Positions 28,468-38,561 of a stretch of DNA of 64,000 nt are shown here, piece after piece; within the stretch, counting starts at the first letter, position 1, and the number at the start of each line of letters is the position of its first letter. The position numbers were made by a program, and so were the translations under genes. This stretch comes from Deltaproteobacteria bacterium. Its GTDB lineage: Bacteria; Myxococcota; JACRCW01. The DNA is taken from positions 62,001-126,000 of the forward strand of contig JACRCW010000092.1 in NCBI GenBank assembly GCA_016218805.1, read 5' to 3'. The notes under the pieces are model-generated. The model saw nothing but the letters and a program-made list of their open reading frames with translations, had not been told where the DNA came from and did not search any database.

Positions 28468-29423
28468 AGGGAGATGAACCAACGCCGCCGCTCCAGAAAG
28501 CGCGCCCACTGGTCCAGCACCAGCACAAACGCCACGCCCTGCACCAGCGCCTGCAGGCCACCCGCTTCCACGTGCCACCACGGAGCCGCGGGCACCAGGA
28601 AGACGGACAGGAGGAACAGGTGCGAGACGTACATCACCAGCGGATTGCGTCCCCACGTCACCAGGAATCCCAACGGTGCCCCGCGCGCGCGCACCCACGC
28701 GTCCGTGAGGGTGAACGCCAGCGCCGACAGCGACGACGCCAGCAGGTCAAAACTCACCGACATGCGGTGCTTGCTCAGCGGAAACACCCCGGAGAGCGCC
28801 AGCCCGGCGGCCAGCATGACGCCCAGCAGCAGCCAGTAGGCGCGCCGGCCCTCGCTGCGGAACAGGTCTGCGTGGACGGTGCCCAGCACCAGCAGCGCCG
28901 TCCAGGACAGCGATCCCTGGATGCCCGCGTGCGACGATGCGAGCACGGTCTCCAGCCACGCACGGTCCAGCATGAACTGGTAGCCGCCCAACAGCACCAG
29001 CGCTGCCAGCAGGCGCGGCCAGGTGGGCAGCAGCAGGAAGGGCGCGGAGAGCAGCACCGCCACGCCAATGGCCTGCAGCGTGCCCCACGGGATGCCGTTG
29101 GGGTTGAAGCCGTAGGAGGTCTCACCCACGGTGAACAGCGCCCCAATCCCAACCAGCGCCATGGAGCGCTTGACCAGGTGCTCCACGGCTTTCTGCGCGC
29201 CTTCGCGTTGGATGCGCCGGCGCAGCGCGTCTCCGCCCGTCAGCGCAATGGCAAAGATGAAGAACGGTGCCACCAGGTCCACAATGGTGAGCCCCACGTC
29301 CGGCGCGTGCTTGAGCCACGCGGGCACCACGCGGATGTGCTCCATGTAGTTGGCCGGGAGCATCAGCAGGATGGCCATCCCACGGAACTGATCAATGGCG
29401 GGGTTTCGGTCCGGTGGTGGCAT
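28464..29423 (-). CDS. HGSNAT/NagX-like transmembrane acyltransferase
   Basis: IDQFRGMAILLM, DLVAPFFIF, GTLQAIG, GRNPL; multiple TM helices. Confidence 0.8.
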   Translation of the reverse strand: MPPPDRNPAIDQFRGMAILLMLPANYMEHIRVVPAWLKHAPDVGLTIVDLVAPFFIFAIALTGGDALRRRIQREGAQKAVEHLVKRSMALVGIGALFTVGETSYGFNPNGIPWGTLQAIGVAVLLSAPFLLLPTWPRLLAALVLLGGYQFMLDRAWLETVLASSHAGIQGSLSWTALLVLGTVHADLFRSEGRRAYWLLLGVMLAAGLALSGVFPLSKHRMSVSFDLLASSLSALAFTLTDAWVRARGAPLGFLVTWGRNPLVMYVSHLFLLSVFLVPAAPWWHVEAGGLQALVQGVAFVLVLDQWARFLERRRWFISL

Positions 29424-29540
29424 CGGGCGCGCCCGTTACGGCACGCGGCACGGGGCCGGCAAATGGCGGCGCGTCCCCCAGCGGATGCGACTTTCGTCGC
29501 ATTGACACGCCGGGTGAGCGGACGGCATTCGCGCGCACGC

Positions 29541-30767
29541 ATGCCGCATGACGGTGCTACGCCGGAACGAGCGCCCCGCCTCCACGGGCTGGACGCATTG
29601 CGCGCGTCCATGATGCTGCTGGGTGTGGTGTTGCACTCCAGCCTGCCGTACCTGGCCCATGCCCCGGCGGAGTGGCGCTACCTGGATGCGCAGCGGAGCG
29701 TGGTGCTGGACGTCACCAACTACCTCATCCACATGTTCCGCATGCCGGCGTTCTTCCTGGTGGCCGGGTTCTTTGCGGCCCTGTTGATCCGCCAGCGCGG
29801 CGCCGCGGGGATGCTGCGCCACCGCGTGCAGCGCGTGCTGTTCCCGCTGCTGGTCTTCTGGTTTCCCTGCCAACTCGGCAACACGCTGGCCACGTCCTGG
29901 GCGCGCACCGGCGCCCTGGAACAGGGCTGGTCCACGCTGGCGGGCTACGCGCCCTGGGCCGGCCTGCGCGTCCCAGGCGCCCTGGGACACCTGTGGTTCC
30001 TGGTGGACCTGTTCCTCATGTGCGCGGTGGCCGCGGGGGTGCACCGTCTTGCTGGTGGGTCGCGCGCGCTGCGCGTGGTGACCTGGGTGGTTGCCGAGAC
30101 GGTGCGCGCCCGGCGCGGGGTGCTGCTGCTGGCGGTTCCCACGGCGGCGGTGCTGGTCTTTGAGCCGTTTGCGGTCATTGTGGATCCCGGCACGTGGCTG
30201 CCGGACGGCCTGTCCCAGCTGGCCAACGGGGGCTTCTTTCTCGTTGGGGCGTGCGTGGAGAGCCACCGGGACCTGTTGGAGGTCCTGGCGGCGCGCGCCG
30301 GCCGGCTGCTGGCCACGGGTGCGGCGCTGCTGGCGTGCAACCTGCTGCTCCTGCTGTGGCAGGTGGACGGCGCGTCGTCAGTGAGCATGACGGGCGCCAC
30401 GCGCCTGGACGCGCCGCAGGTGCTGGCCGCCGCGGTGGGCGCGTTGGCCATGTGGCAGGTGGTGCTGGGGCTGGTGGGGTTCTTCCACCGGCGGTTCGCG
30501 TCACCCCGCCCGGCGTGGCGCTACCTCTCGGACGCCTCCTACTGGGTGTACCTGTCCCATCACCCGGTCAGCATTGCGTGGGCGGGGGCGCTGGGCGCGT
30601 GGAACGCGTGGGCGCTGCTCAAGTGCGTGGCCACCGTGACGCTGACCACGGCCGTCTCCCTGGCCAGCTACCACCGCTGGGTGCGCAGCACCTGGGTGGG
30701 CCAGTGGCTCAACGGGCACCGGCATCCGCCCGCGCCGCTCAGGCAACCGGCGCACAGCACGCCATGA
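29541..30767 (+). CDS. OpgC/MdoC-like acyltransferase_3 family protein
   Basis: LDALRA, HMFRMPAFFLVAGFF, HLWFL, YLSDASYWVYLSH. Confidence 0.88.
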   Translation: MPHDGATPERAPRLHGLDALRASMMLLGVVLHSSLPYLAHAPAEWRYLDAQRSVVLDVTNYLIHMFRMPAFFLVAGFFAALLIRQRGAAGMLRHRVQRVLFPLLVFWFPCQLGNTLATSWARTGALEQGWSTLAGYAPWAGLRVPGALGHLWFLVDLFLMCAVAAGVHRLAGGSRALRVVTWVVAETVRARRGVLLLAVPTAAVLVFEPFAVIVDPGTWLPDGLSQLANGGFFLVGACVESHRDLLEVLAARAGRLLATGAALLACNLLLLLWQVDGASSVSMTGATRLDAPQVLAAAVGALAMWQVVLGLVGFFHRRFASPRPAWRYLSDASYWVYLSHHPVSIAWAGALGAWNAWALLKCVATVTLTTAVSLASYHRWVRSTWVGQWLNGHRHPPAPLRQPAHSTP

Positions 30768-31485
30768 ACCGCGGCGAACGCGCATCAAACGCGCTCCCGT
30801 CCACATCCCCCCACAGCCACAGCCGCGCCAGCCCCGCCGCGGTCAGCGCACCGAGCAGCTCGTCCGCGCCCCACAGGCGGCGCACCACGTCGTGGACCAC
30901 GGCCTCCCCGCCCCCGCGCGGGGCAAACCGCAGCCGGGTCACCTGCACGCCGCCGGCGTCCATGGACGTCTGCTCGGCCACCTCCATGATGCTCCCGTCC
31001 GGGTGCCGCCGCTGCTCGGAGAAACAGAAGTCGTCGTCGTGGCGCTCGCTCCCCGGCCACGGGGGCATGAAGGTGTCCAGCGCCACCACGCCGTCCGGAC
31101 CGGCCACGCGGCCCGCCTCGCGCAGGGCGCGGGTCAGGGCCGGGGGATCCATGAGGTGCTGCAGCAGGTTGTAGGCAAGGATCACCACGCGCGCGGACCC
31201 GCCCGCCAGCGGGAGCGCGGCCAGCTCGGCGTTAACCAGCGGCGGCGGCGGACGCAGCCAGCGGCGCTGGAACCGGGCCAGCATGGCGCGCTCGCGGTCC
31301 ACGCCCACGTAGTCCGGCGGTGACAGCAGCAGGTGCAGGCGTCCCGTGCCGCAGCCCAGTTCCACCACGCGCCCGGGGTGCCGGCGAAGCACGTTCTCAT
31401 AGAAGGCGACGTCCGCTCGGTACGCGCCAAACTCGGCGTCGTACAATTCCGGCGCGCGATAGAGCGAGTTGATGTCCGCCGTCAC
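30739..31485 (-). CDS. Class I SAM-dependent methyltransferase
   Basis: YDAE, VVELGCGTGR motif I. Confidence 0.88.
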   Translation of the reverse strand: MTADINSLYRAPELYDAEFGAYRADVAFYENVLRRHPGRVVELGCGTGRLHLLLSPPDYVGVDRERAMLARFQRRWLRPPPPLVNAELAALPLAGGSARVVILAYNLLQHLMDPPALTRALREAGRVAGPDGVVALDTFMPPWPGSERHDDDFCFSEQRRHPDGSIMEVAEQTSMDAGGVQVTRLRFAPRGGGEAVVHDVVRRLWGADELLGALTAAGLARLWLWGDVDGSAFDARSPRFMACCAPVA

Positions 31486-32666
31486 GCGGCAATCACGCCG
31501 GCGGACAGCAGCTGGGCCAGGATGCGCACGGTTTCCAGGCGGGGCATGGCGCTGAGGGAAAGAATGTCATCAAAGGACGACATTCCGTCCACCCGCGAGA
31601 GCAGGAAACCGGCCTTGTGGTGCAGGTTCAACCAGATCACCTGGTCCGCGGTCATGCGCATGCGCGGGGTGCGCTCCAGGGGTCCCAGCTTGGAGAGGTA
31701 CATCTGCAGCAGGGTCTCCTCGTTGCGCTCCATGTAATCGCGCGCTTCCGCGTTCTGCGGGTCCAGCTCCAGCACCTTCTCCACAATCTCCAGGGACCCC
31801 GAGAAGTCCCCCAGGTCATGCAGTTCCTTGACCCGCGCCATCATGGCCGCGCACCGGCTCTTGACGTCACCGGCCCCCGCACCCGCACCGGCGGACGCGC
31901 GCGCCGCGGCGGGGCGGGCCTTGTTGCCGCCCTTCTGCACCGCGCCGCTGGGGTCCAGCGTCACGGCGGCACCCGCTGCCGGGCCATCATCCCAGGGCGA
32001 CGCCGCGGCCGGCGGTGCGGTCACGACGGGTGGGGACGGCGGTGCCGCGGCGGCGGCGGCCGGCTTGGGGGCGGGCGTCGGGTTGGGCCTGGTGGCCGGC
32101 TGGATGACGGGTGGCGAAGCCGTCGGTGCGCCCGGGGCCGGCGGTTCCCACATGCTGTGCAGCCCGTCGGCGTTGGCGTCACCCTGGACAACCACCCCCA
32201 TCCGGGGCGCTGGCGGTGCCGCGGGTTGCGCCTGTGGCATGGGCGTGGGGGGCGAGGACACCGCGTCCCACGGTCCCGGCGTAGCCGGTGAACCAATGAC
32301 CGTCAGGCCGGGCGACACGGGTCCCGCCGGCAGTCCGGAGCTGGCGGCGCCGGGCGTGAACATGGGGGACCACTGCGGCGCGGTGGCGGCGGGCGCCGGT
32401 GCGGGTGGGGCGGCAGGTGGAGGAGGGGCGGGAGGGGGCGCGGCTGGAGGCGGCGGCGGCGCCGGCGCGCTGGCCACCTCGGCCGCCGGGCTGGAGGGCG
32501 CTTGCGGTGGAGCGCTGGTGCGGACGTAGGCCAGAAACTCGCGCGCCCGCACGTTGCCGGGGTCCAGCAGCAGGACCTCGTCCCAGCACCGCAGTGCGGC
32601 CGGGTTGTCACCCTTCACGAAGTGACCGAGCCCCTCGCTCAAGAGTGTCTCAATCCGGTCCGTCAC
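31482..32666 (-). CDS. Protein with N-terminal TPR, Pro/Ala-rich linker, and C-terminal TPR plus winged-helix-like domain
   Basis: WDEVLLLDPGNVRAREF; LELDPQNAEAR; LHHKAGFLLSRVDG...LETVRILAQL. Confidence 0.7.
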   Translation of the reverse strand: MTDRIETLLSEGLGHFVKGDNPAALRCWDEVLLLDPGNVRAREFLAYVRTSAPPQAPSSPAAEVASAPAPPPPPAAPPPAPPPPAAPPAPAPAATAPQWSPMFTPGAASSGLPAGPVSPGLTVIGSPATPGPWDAVSSPPTPMPQAQPAAPPAPRMGVVVQGDANADGLHSMWEPPAPGAPTASPPVIQPATRPNPTPAPKPAAAAAAPPSPPVVTAPPAAASPWDDGPAAGAAVTLDPSGAVQKGGNKARPAAARASAGAGAGAGDVKSRCAAMMARVKELHDLGDFSGSLEIVEKVLELDPQNAEARDYMERNEETLLQMYLSKLGPLERTPRMRMTADQVIWLNLHHKAGFLLSRVDGMSSFDDILSLSAMPRLETVRILAQLLSAGVIAA

Positions 32667-32729
32667 ACTGCCACCTTCCCGCCCGCTACCTAGGCCCGAT
32701 TGCCCCCGCCTTCCAGCGCGGCCTGGACC

Positions 32730-34367
32730 TCAAGCACCCGACGCCAGCCGCATTGTAACGTACTTCATGGGCACGTTGCCCGCCGTCAGCACCAGGTCAT
32801 GGAACCGCCTGGGCGTGTACGCGTCCTTCCACTTGATCTTCGCCGCGCGGCGCAGGTCAAACAGCGCCTGTTTCCCAACGAGGTAGCACAGGGGGTAGCC
32901 CGGCGTGCGCGTGTAGCGGGCCACCTCGGCCACCGCGGCATCCTGGGGCATGGCCAGGTCCGTGGTGAGCGCGGCCACCGCCTCCTCCACGGTGGTGCGG
33001 CCAGTGGCCAGCCCCACGTCCAGCACCACGCGGTGCGCGCGCCACAGCGCCTCGTGGGCAATCTGCAGGCGCGCCGGGGCACCGCCGCGGTAGCCCTCCT
33101 CGCGCATCATCTCCTCGCAATAGTGCGCCCACCCTTCAATGGTGTCCGTGGCCCACGCGCCGGCCGGCTCTGAGGTGATGCCCACCGGCACGCCGTCACG
33201 CAAAAGCCCGGTGGCGGTGTTGGCAAACACCTGCTGCACGTGGTGACCCGGGTAGCCCTCATGAATGGCGGTGTTCTCCGTGTCCGGCGTGCAGAACCCG
33301 CCCAGCGCCCCGTCCGCGCGCGGCGTGACCAGGTAGACGCTGCGCTGCTCCGGCGCAAAGCGCGGCGCGGCCAGCAGCGCGGCAAACGGGATCAGCGGGC
33401 GCAACGGCGCGGGCGTCTCCAACACCACCAGTTCCTCGCCGGCGGGCAGGAGCACCAGGTTCTTTTCACGGACAAACTCGCGCGCCGCCAGGCTGGCGCG
33501 GTGCACGCGCTGCAACCCCTCCGCGAACGACGCCGGCGCATCCACCTCCAGCAGCCGCAGCGCATCCGCCACCACCACGCCGGGGCGGACCCGCTGCGCC
33601 CAGCGGCGCCGCTCGGCCCGGTATTCGGCCACAAAGCGCCGCCCGGTCTCCAGCAGCGCGGCGGGGTCGTCTGGCAGCGCGCGCAGGCGGCACAGCTCGC
33701 GGAATTTTTCCTCGCCCAGGATGCGGTGGTCACCGGTGGGCACCAGGTCACGCAGCCAGTCCTGGTGCGCGTGCAGGGCCACCAGCGCGGACTCCGCCGC
33801 GTGGGCCACGTCCTCCTTGAGGGCATCCGTGACGGCGTCCGCGCGGGCGGACTGCGCCACGGCGTTGACCAGCGCGGGCGCCTCGGCGGCCACGCGCCGG
33901 GCCACCTCCGTCCACAGCGTGTCCGGCGCGGTGACCACGGAGCGCGCCGCGCCCAGAAACGCGTCCAGGCCGCGCAGCCGCGCCGCCAGGTTGGCCAGAC
34001 GCTGTTCCGCGGGGACCCAGGGAGATTGCAGCTGCCGCAGCAGCGTCCAGGCCACGCCGGACAGCACATCCGGGTCGTGCCGGCGTTGCGCCGCGTGCTC
34101 GTGCGCAAACCGCACCAGTTCCACGTGCGCCACAAAGACCTTGCGGTCAAACGCCTGCTCCGGCGTGAGCCCTTCGGGCGCCAGCCCCTCCAACGCATCA
34201 CCCCAGTGCCGCACGTGCCGGAGCACCGCGCCGCGGCCGTTCTCCGTCGGGTCGGGCCACGCGTCGTCATGCTGCGTAAGCCCCAGCTGGGTCCCCACGT
34301 CCGGCGCCAGGTCCACCAGGCCGGCCAGGTGCTCTTCGTTCACGCGGTCGAACGTGGCGTCAGTCAT
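32730..34367 (-). CDS. DUF885 family protein (putative metallopeptidase)
   Basis: HEGYPGHH, EGWAHYCE, RVVLDVGL, EVARY, PGYPLCY. Confidence 0.9.
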   Translation of the reverse strand: MTDATFDRVNEEHLAGLVDLAPDVGTQLGLTQHDDAWPDPTENGRGAVLRHVRHWGDALEGLAPEGLTPEQAFDRKVFVAHVELVRFAHEHAAQRRHDPDVLSGVAWTLLRQLQSPWVPAEQRLANLAARLRGLDAFLGAARSVVTAPDTLWTEVARRVAAEAPALVNAVAQSARADAVTDALKEDVAHAAESALVALHAHQDWLRDLVPTGDHRILGEEKFRELCRLRALPDDPAALLETGRRFVAEYRAERRRWAQRVRPGVVVADALRLLEVDAPASFAEGLQRVHRASLAAREFVREKNLVLLPAGEELVVLETPAPLRPLIPFAALLAAPRFAPEQRSVYLVTPRADGALGGFCTPDTENTAIHEGYPGHHVQQVFANTATGLLRDGVPVGITSEPAGAWATDTIEGWAHYCEEMMREEGYRGGAPARLQIAHEALWRAHRVVLDVGLATGRTTVEEAVAALTTDLAMPQDAAVAEVARYTRTPGYPLCYLVGKQALFDLRRAAKIKWKDAYTPRRFHDLVLTAGNVPMKYVTMRLASGA

Positions 34368-34472
34368 GGCGGCCCGGCCGGGCATGCGGCAGCTTGGCCA
34401 CCCCCGGAGGTGGTTCGAGGTAGCATGGGTGCCTCCACAGCGGCAAAGGAAGCCCACAGGGGAACCGCGGCC

Positions 34473-35210
34473 ATGACGGACACCACCAAGCAGGTGAACA
34501 CGGGCGGGGGGCCGGGACACACACCCGTGGAACCTGCTGCCCAGGAGTTGCCCGTGGTGTCCGTGTCCCTTGCCGCGCCGTTGCCGGAGACCGCCGCAGT
34601 ACCGGTGCTGGACCCGCTGGTGGTCCGCTGCCAGCAGGGTGACCAGGCCGCATTCCGCGAGCTGTTCCAGAAGTACCACGGCTGGGTGCAGGGAACCGTC
34701 TACCACATGGTCCCCACGCCGGCGGACCTGGATGACGTGGTGCAGAACGTGTTCCTGGAGGTGTTCCGCTCCATCCACCGCTTTGAGGGCCGCAGCCGGT
34801 TCTCCACGTGGCTGACGCGCCTGGCCATCAACGTGGCGTTGGGTCACCGGCGCAAGTGGCGCTTCTGGAAGCGGACGGAAGAGACGGTGCAGGATGACGC
34901 GCGGCACGGCACCTCCGTGGTGGAACAGCTGCGGCCGCCCATGCCGGATGACCTGCTGACGGAGCGCCGCAACCGCGCGCGCGTCCGCCTGCTGGTGCAG
35001 CAGCTGTCACCCAAAAAGCGGGCGGTGTTTGTCATGAGCGAGATCCAGGGGATGCAGGCGCCGGAGATTGCCGAGGTGCTGAGCATCCCCCCCGCCACGG
35101 TCCGCACGCGCCTGTTCCACGCGCGGCGGGAGTTTGAGATGATGGTCCGGGAGGATGCGGTGCTGGGGCCCCAGGTGGCCAGCCGCGGGGGCGGGGACGG
35201 AGGTGCATGA
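34473..35210 (+). CDS. ECF sigma-70 factor
   Basis: GDQAAFREL, DDVVQNVFLEV, FSTWLTRLAIN, EIAEVLSIPPATVRTRLFHAR. Confidence 0.93.
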   Translation: MTDTTKQVNTGGGPGHTPVEPAAQELPVVSVSLAAPLPETAAVPVLDPLVVRCQQGDQAAFRELFQKYHGWVQGTVYHMVPTPADLDDVVQNVFLEVFRSIHRFEGRSRFSTWLTRLAINVALGHRRKWRFWKRTEETVQDDARHGTSVVEQLRPPMPDDLLTERRNRARVRLLVQQLSPKKRAVFVMSEIQGMQAPEIAEVLSIPPATVRTRLFHARREFEMMVREDAVLGPQVASRGGGDGGA

Positions 35211-36412
35211 TGGCTCACCTGTCCGACCATGACGCATGGGCAATCGCCGCGGGCGAGGGTTCCCCCTCCCTGCGCGAACACGCCGCCGTGTGCGCGCTGT
35301 GCCACGCGCGCGTGGAGGAGGCTTCCGGTGTGCGGCGGCTGGCGCGGGCGGCGCGGCCACCCGAGCCCTCCGCCGGGACGCGGGCGGCCGCATTGGACGG
35401 GTTTGAGCGCGCCATGGCGGTGGAAACCCGCCGCCATCACTGGTGGCTGGACCGCTGGCCCATGATCTTCCCGTCCCTGGGACTGGCCGCCGCCGCCGGC
35501 GCTGCAGCGGCCGTGCTGTTTGCCGGCCCCGCGCCGCAGGGGCTGGAGGTGGCCGCCCTGGCGCCCGCCGCTGCGCCCGTGGCCCGTGCGGAGCCCGCCG
35601 CCACGGCCACGCGGCCCGCCGCGGTCACTGAACCCGAATCCCCCACGGCGCCCCAGTCCCCCGTGGCACCCGCTCACCGGCCACCCGCGGTCCGCCCGCG
35701 CCGCGCTGCGCCTGCGGCGGTGGTGGCCGCGCTGCCCGCTCCCCTGCCGCTGCCGGAGCCCGTGGCGGCGCCGGTGGCCGCCCCGCCGGAGCCCGGCCGG
35801 GTTGAGGTGGAGGTGGTGGAGCCGCGGTATGAGCGCCTGGAACCCGCGCGGGTGGCGCTGGCGGAAGGCAACCCGGCGGAGGCGGTGAGCGCGGCCATGA
35901 GCGTGCTGGCGGTGGCCGGCGGCGGCGAAGCGCTGGCAGCCTGGCACCTGGTCCGGCAGGCGGCGCTGGGCAGCCCGACGGAGGACGTGGCCGCGGCGGT
36001 GGATGCGGCCGCCAGGGCGCACCCGGATCACCGCGAGGCGCTGCTGTACCTGGCGTGTGAATCCAGCGTGCTGGGGCGCCGGGCCACGGAGGCCGTCGGG
36101 CGCTGCCGGTCCTTTGTGGAGGAGTATCCCCAGGCCCTGCGGGCGCGGGATGCGTCCTACGTGGCGGGCACGCTGGCGCGGGAGGCCATGCAGGACTGCG
36201 CGGGCGCGGTGGAGGACTACCGCAAGGCGCTGCTGTTCACCGGCGCGCTGGGCTCCCTGAATGATGACGCGCTGTTCTGGCGGGCGCATTGCCTGGCGGA
36301 GCTGGGCCGCGTGGACGACGCCCGCACCGACCTGCAGCAGTACGTGGCGCGCTACCCGGGGCGGCGCACGGACGCGCGCGTGCGGGACCTGCAGGCGCGC
36401 ATGCGGCACTGA
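35207..36412 (+). CDS. Zinc-finger anti-sigma factor with TM helix, Pro-rich linker and TPR
   Basis: HAAVCALC (HxxxCxxC) near the N-terminus; TM segment; C-terminal TPR; ATGA overlap with the sigma gene. Confidence 0.8.
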   Translation: MMAHLSDHDAWAIAAGEGSPSLREHAAVCALCHARVEEASGVRRLARAARPPEPSAGTRAAALDGFERAMAVETRRHHWWLDRWPMIFPSLGLAAAAGAAAAVLFAGPAPQGLEVAALAPAAAPVARAEPAATATRPAAVTEPESPTAPQSPVAPAHRPPAVRPRRAAPAAVVAALPAPLPLPEPVAAPVAAPPEPGRVEVEVVEPRYERLEPARVALAEGNPAEAVSAAMSVLAVAGGGEALAAWHLVRQAALGSPTEDVAAAVDAAARAHPDHREALLYLACESSVLGRRATEAVGRCRSFVEEYPQALRARDASYVAGTLAREAMQDCAGAVEDYRKALLFTGALGSLNDDALFWRAHCLAELGRVDDARTDLQQYVARYPGRRTDARVRDLQARMRH

Positions 36413-36419
36413 GTACGCG

Positions 36420-37244
36420 TCAACCCAATTCGCGGCGGCGGTGGGACAGGCATGGCAGGCCATTCTCCAGGTCCCGCGCGTAGCCCACGTCTATCTCCGC
36501 CATGCACACGTCCTGCCGGTCCGTGCACCGCGCCACCACGCCACCCCACGGGTCAATGATCATCGCCTTGCCCCAGGTGACGCGGCGCTCGTTGTGCTTG
36601 CCGTACTGCGCGGGCGCCATCACGTAGGAGAGGTTCTCAATGGCGCGCGCGCGCAGCAACACTTCCCAGTGGTCTTTGCCGGTGTGCAGCGTGAAGGCCG
36701 CGGGCACCAGCAGCAGGCGCGCGCCGCGGGTCACCAGCGCGCGGTACAGTTCGGGGAAGCGCAGGTCATAACAGACCGACAGGCCCAGCGTGACGTCGAG
36801 CGGCGCGGGGAGCGCCACGGTGACGGGCTCATCCCCCGCGGTGCTGTGGTGGCTCTCCTTGTGCACGCTGCCATCCGGCAGCTCCACGTCAAACAGGTGC
36901 ATCTTGCGGTAACGGCCCAGCAGGCCCCCGTCCGGCCCAATGACAAAGTGCGTGTTGTAGGGCCGCTGCGGGTCCGCGGACTGCTCGGCGAAGCCACCCA
37001 GGCACAACGTGATGCGCAGGCGCCGAGCCACGTCCTGGAAGCCGCGCACAATGGGCCCGTCGGCAGGTTGCGCGGTGGCCAGGCGCTCCGCATCCGTGCC
37101 CCCCATGAACGCGAAGTTCTCCGGCAGCCCAACCAGGCTGGCGCCGCGGCCGGCCGCCTTCTCCACCAGCTTCTCCGCCGTGGCCAGGTTCTTCTGCACA
37201 TCCGCCGTGCTGGTCAGCTGCACGGCCGCGGCCAGGAATGCCAT
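36420..37244 (-). CDS. Carbon-nitrogen hydrolase, Nit1/deaminated glutathione amidase type
   Basis: LPENF, YRKMHLFDV, VCYDLRFPE, PAAFT, RARAIEN, DPWG. Confidence 0.93.
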   Translation of the reverse strand: MAFLAAAVQLTSTADVQKNLATAEKLVEKAAGRGASLVGLPENFAFMGGTDAERLATAQPADGPIVRGFQDVARRLRITLCLGGFAEQSADPQRPYNTHFVIGPDGGLLGRYRKMHLFDVELPDGSVHKESHHSTAGDEPVTVALPAPLDVTLGLSVCYDLRFPELYRALVTRGARLLLVPAAFTLHTGKDHWEVLLRARAIENLSYVMAPAQYGKHNERRVTWGKAMIIDPWGGVVARCTDRQDVCMAEIDVGYARDLENGLPCLSHRRRELG

Positions 37245-37255
37245 CTTGCCCGCTC

Positions 37256-38038
37256 CTATTCCTCGGCGCCGGTGCCGCTGCTGGCCAGTGCTTCGCGCAG
37301 CTCCCACGCGGGTTTGAAGACCAGCTCCGGGCCCTCCTCCCACTGGCAGGCCAACGCGCCCAGGCCCTGCAGCTCCACCACCCACTCATTGAGGAACGCC
37401 TCCAGCAGCGCCTCCACCACCGCCCCGGTTCCGGGGCGCGGCGCCTCGTCGGCTTCTTCCTCGTCCTCCTCACCGGCGCGGGCCCGCTGCAGCCGCTGCT
37501 CAAAGCTGGGGTCCACGCGCACCAGCACCTGGATGTCACCCGGCTCCGGTTCTTCTGACGGCGGATCCTCCACCGTGAAGGCGGCAAACCCGGGAATGTA
37601 CGCGCGCCCGTCCCGCACCAGCCCGCCGCCCACGCCCTCCACAAAATCCTCCACCATCCGCCCCGCCTCGTCGCCGTCCACGTCCAGCAGTTCCGAGATG
37701 GTGTCGGCCACCTGTTCGTCACCGATGCCCTCCAGCCCGTACAGGCCCAGGTGCACCTCTTCCCACGCGTCCAGCGCGTCCACGTCCGCGCCGGAGGCCG
37801 CCACCAGCGCCATGAAGAAGTCCTTGACGGCGGACTCGCACTCATCCGCCTCCTGCTCCCACCACCCGTCATGGAAGTCCGCCAGCGCGTCCATCACCTT
37901 GTCCGCGTCCTTGCCGGCGCGGGCCACCGCGTCGCGGGCCGTCTTGGCCAGGCGGGACAGCTGGTCGTCCACGCCGCGGCGCCGCGCGCCAAACCGCGCG
38001 GGGATGGACAGTTCCTTCACGGCTGGCTGCTTGGGCAT
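37256..38038 (-). CDS. Highly acidic protein with two HU/IHF-like modules
   Basis: VADTISELLDVDGDEAGRMVEDFVEGV...AYIPGFAAFTV and VVEALLEAFL..VELQGLGAL...VFKPAWELREAL follow the HU helix/GFGxF/FKPGKxLK pattern. Confidence 0.65.
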   Translation of the reverse strand: MPKQPAVKELSIPARFGARRRGVDDQLSRLAKTARDAVARAGKDADKVMDALADFHDGWWEQEADECESAVKDFFMALVAASGADVDALDAWEEVHLGLYGLEGIGDEQVADTISELLDVDGDEAGRMVEDFVEGVGGGLVRDGRAYIPGFAAFTVEDPPSEEPEPGDIQVLVRVDPSFEQRLQRARAGEEDEEEADEAPRPGTGAVVEALLEAFLNEWVVELQGLGALACQWEEGPELVFKPAWELREALASSGTGAEE

Positions 38039-38173
38039 GGCGGCTCCGTGCGCCCGCTTCCGTGGGCGGGGGCGGCGGGAGATTGGTCCAACGTGCCCGC
38101 GCGGGCAACGCCACGCGCGTGCGCCCGGGAGAGGGCTGCACTAGGGTGCGCGGCGTTTCATGGAGGTGCGCGC

Positions 38174-38551
38174 GTGAACGTGGTGAACGGGGTGCTGGCG
38201 CTGTTCCTGTCCCTGTGGGTGAGCGTGCTGGGCAACCGCGGCCAGCCGTGGGGCGTGGTGGCCCCCCTGCAGGTGGCCGGCGTGGCGGTGGGTGGCAGCG
38301 TGCTGCTGGCGGGCACCGCCCTGGTGGTGGCCTACGGTGCCTACGCCACGTGGGGCCAGACGCGCGCAGCCGTGGACGCCATGGCCCCGGAGGTTCCACC
38401 GCCCGCGCCCCCTGCCGCTGCCGCCGCCGCGCAGCCGGCCCCTGCCGCCGCCCCTGCGCCCGAGGCGCCGGTGACGGCGCCACCGCCGGCGGAGACACCC
38501 GCGGAGCCGCCCCCGGACCCCGGCGCGCCGCCGCCGCCCGCACAGCCCTGA
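38174..38551 (+). CDS. Small membrane protein with Pro/Ala-rich tail
   Basis: GGAGG then GTG; two hydrophobic segments; ends 10 nt before ruvB. Confidence 0.6.
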   Translation: MNVVNGVLALFLSLWVSVLGNRGQPWGVVAPLQVAGVAVGGSVLLAGTALVVAYGAYATWGQTRAAVDAMAPEVPPPAPPAAAAAAQPAPAAAPAPEAPVTAPPPAETPAEPPPDPGAPPPPAQP

Positions 38552-38561
38552 GCCCGCCACC

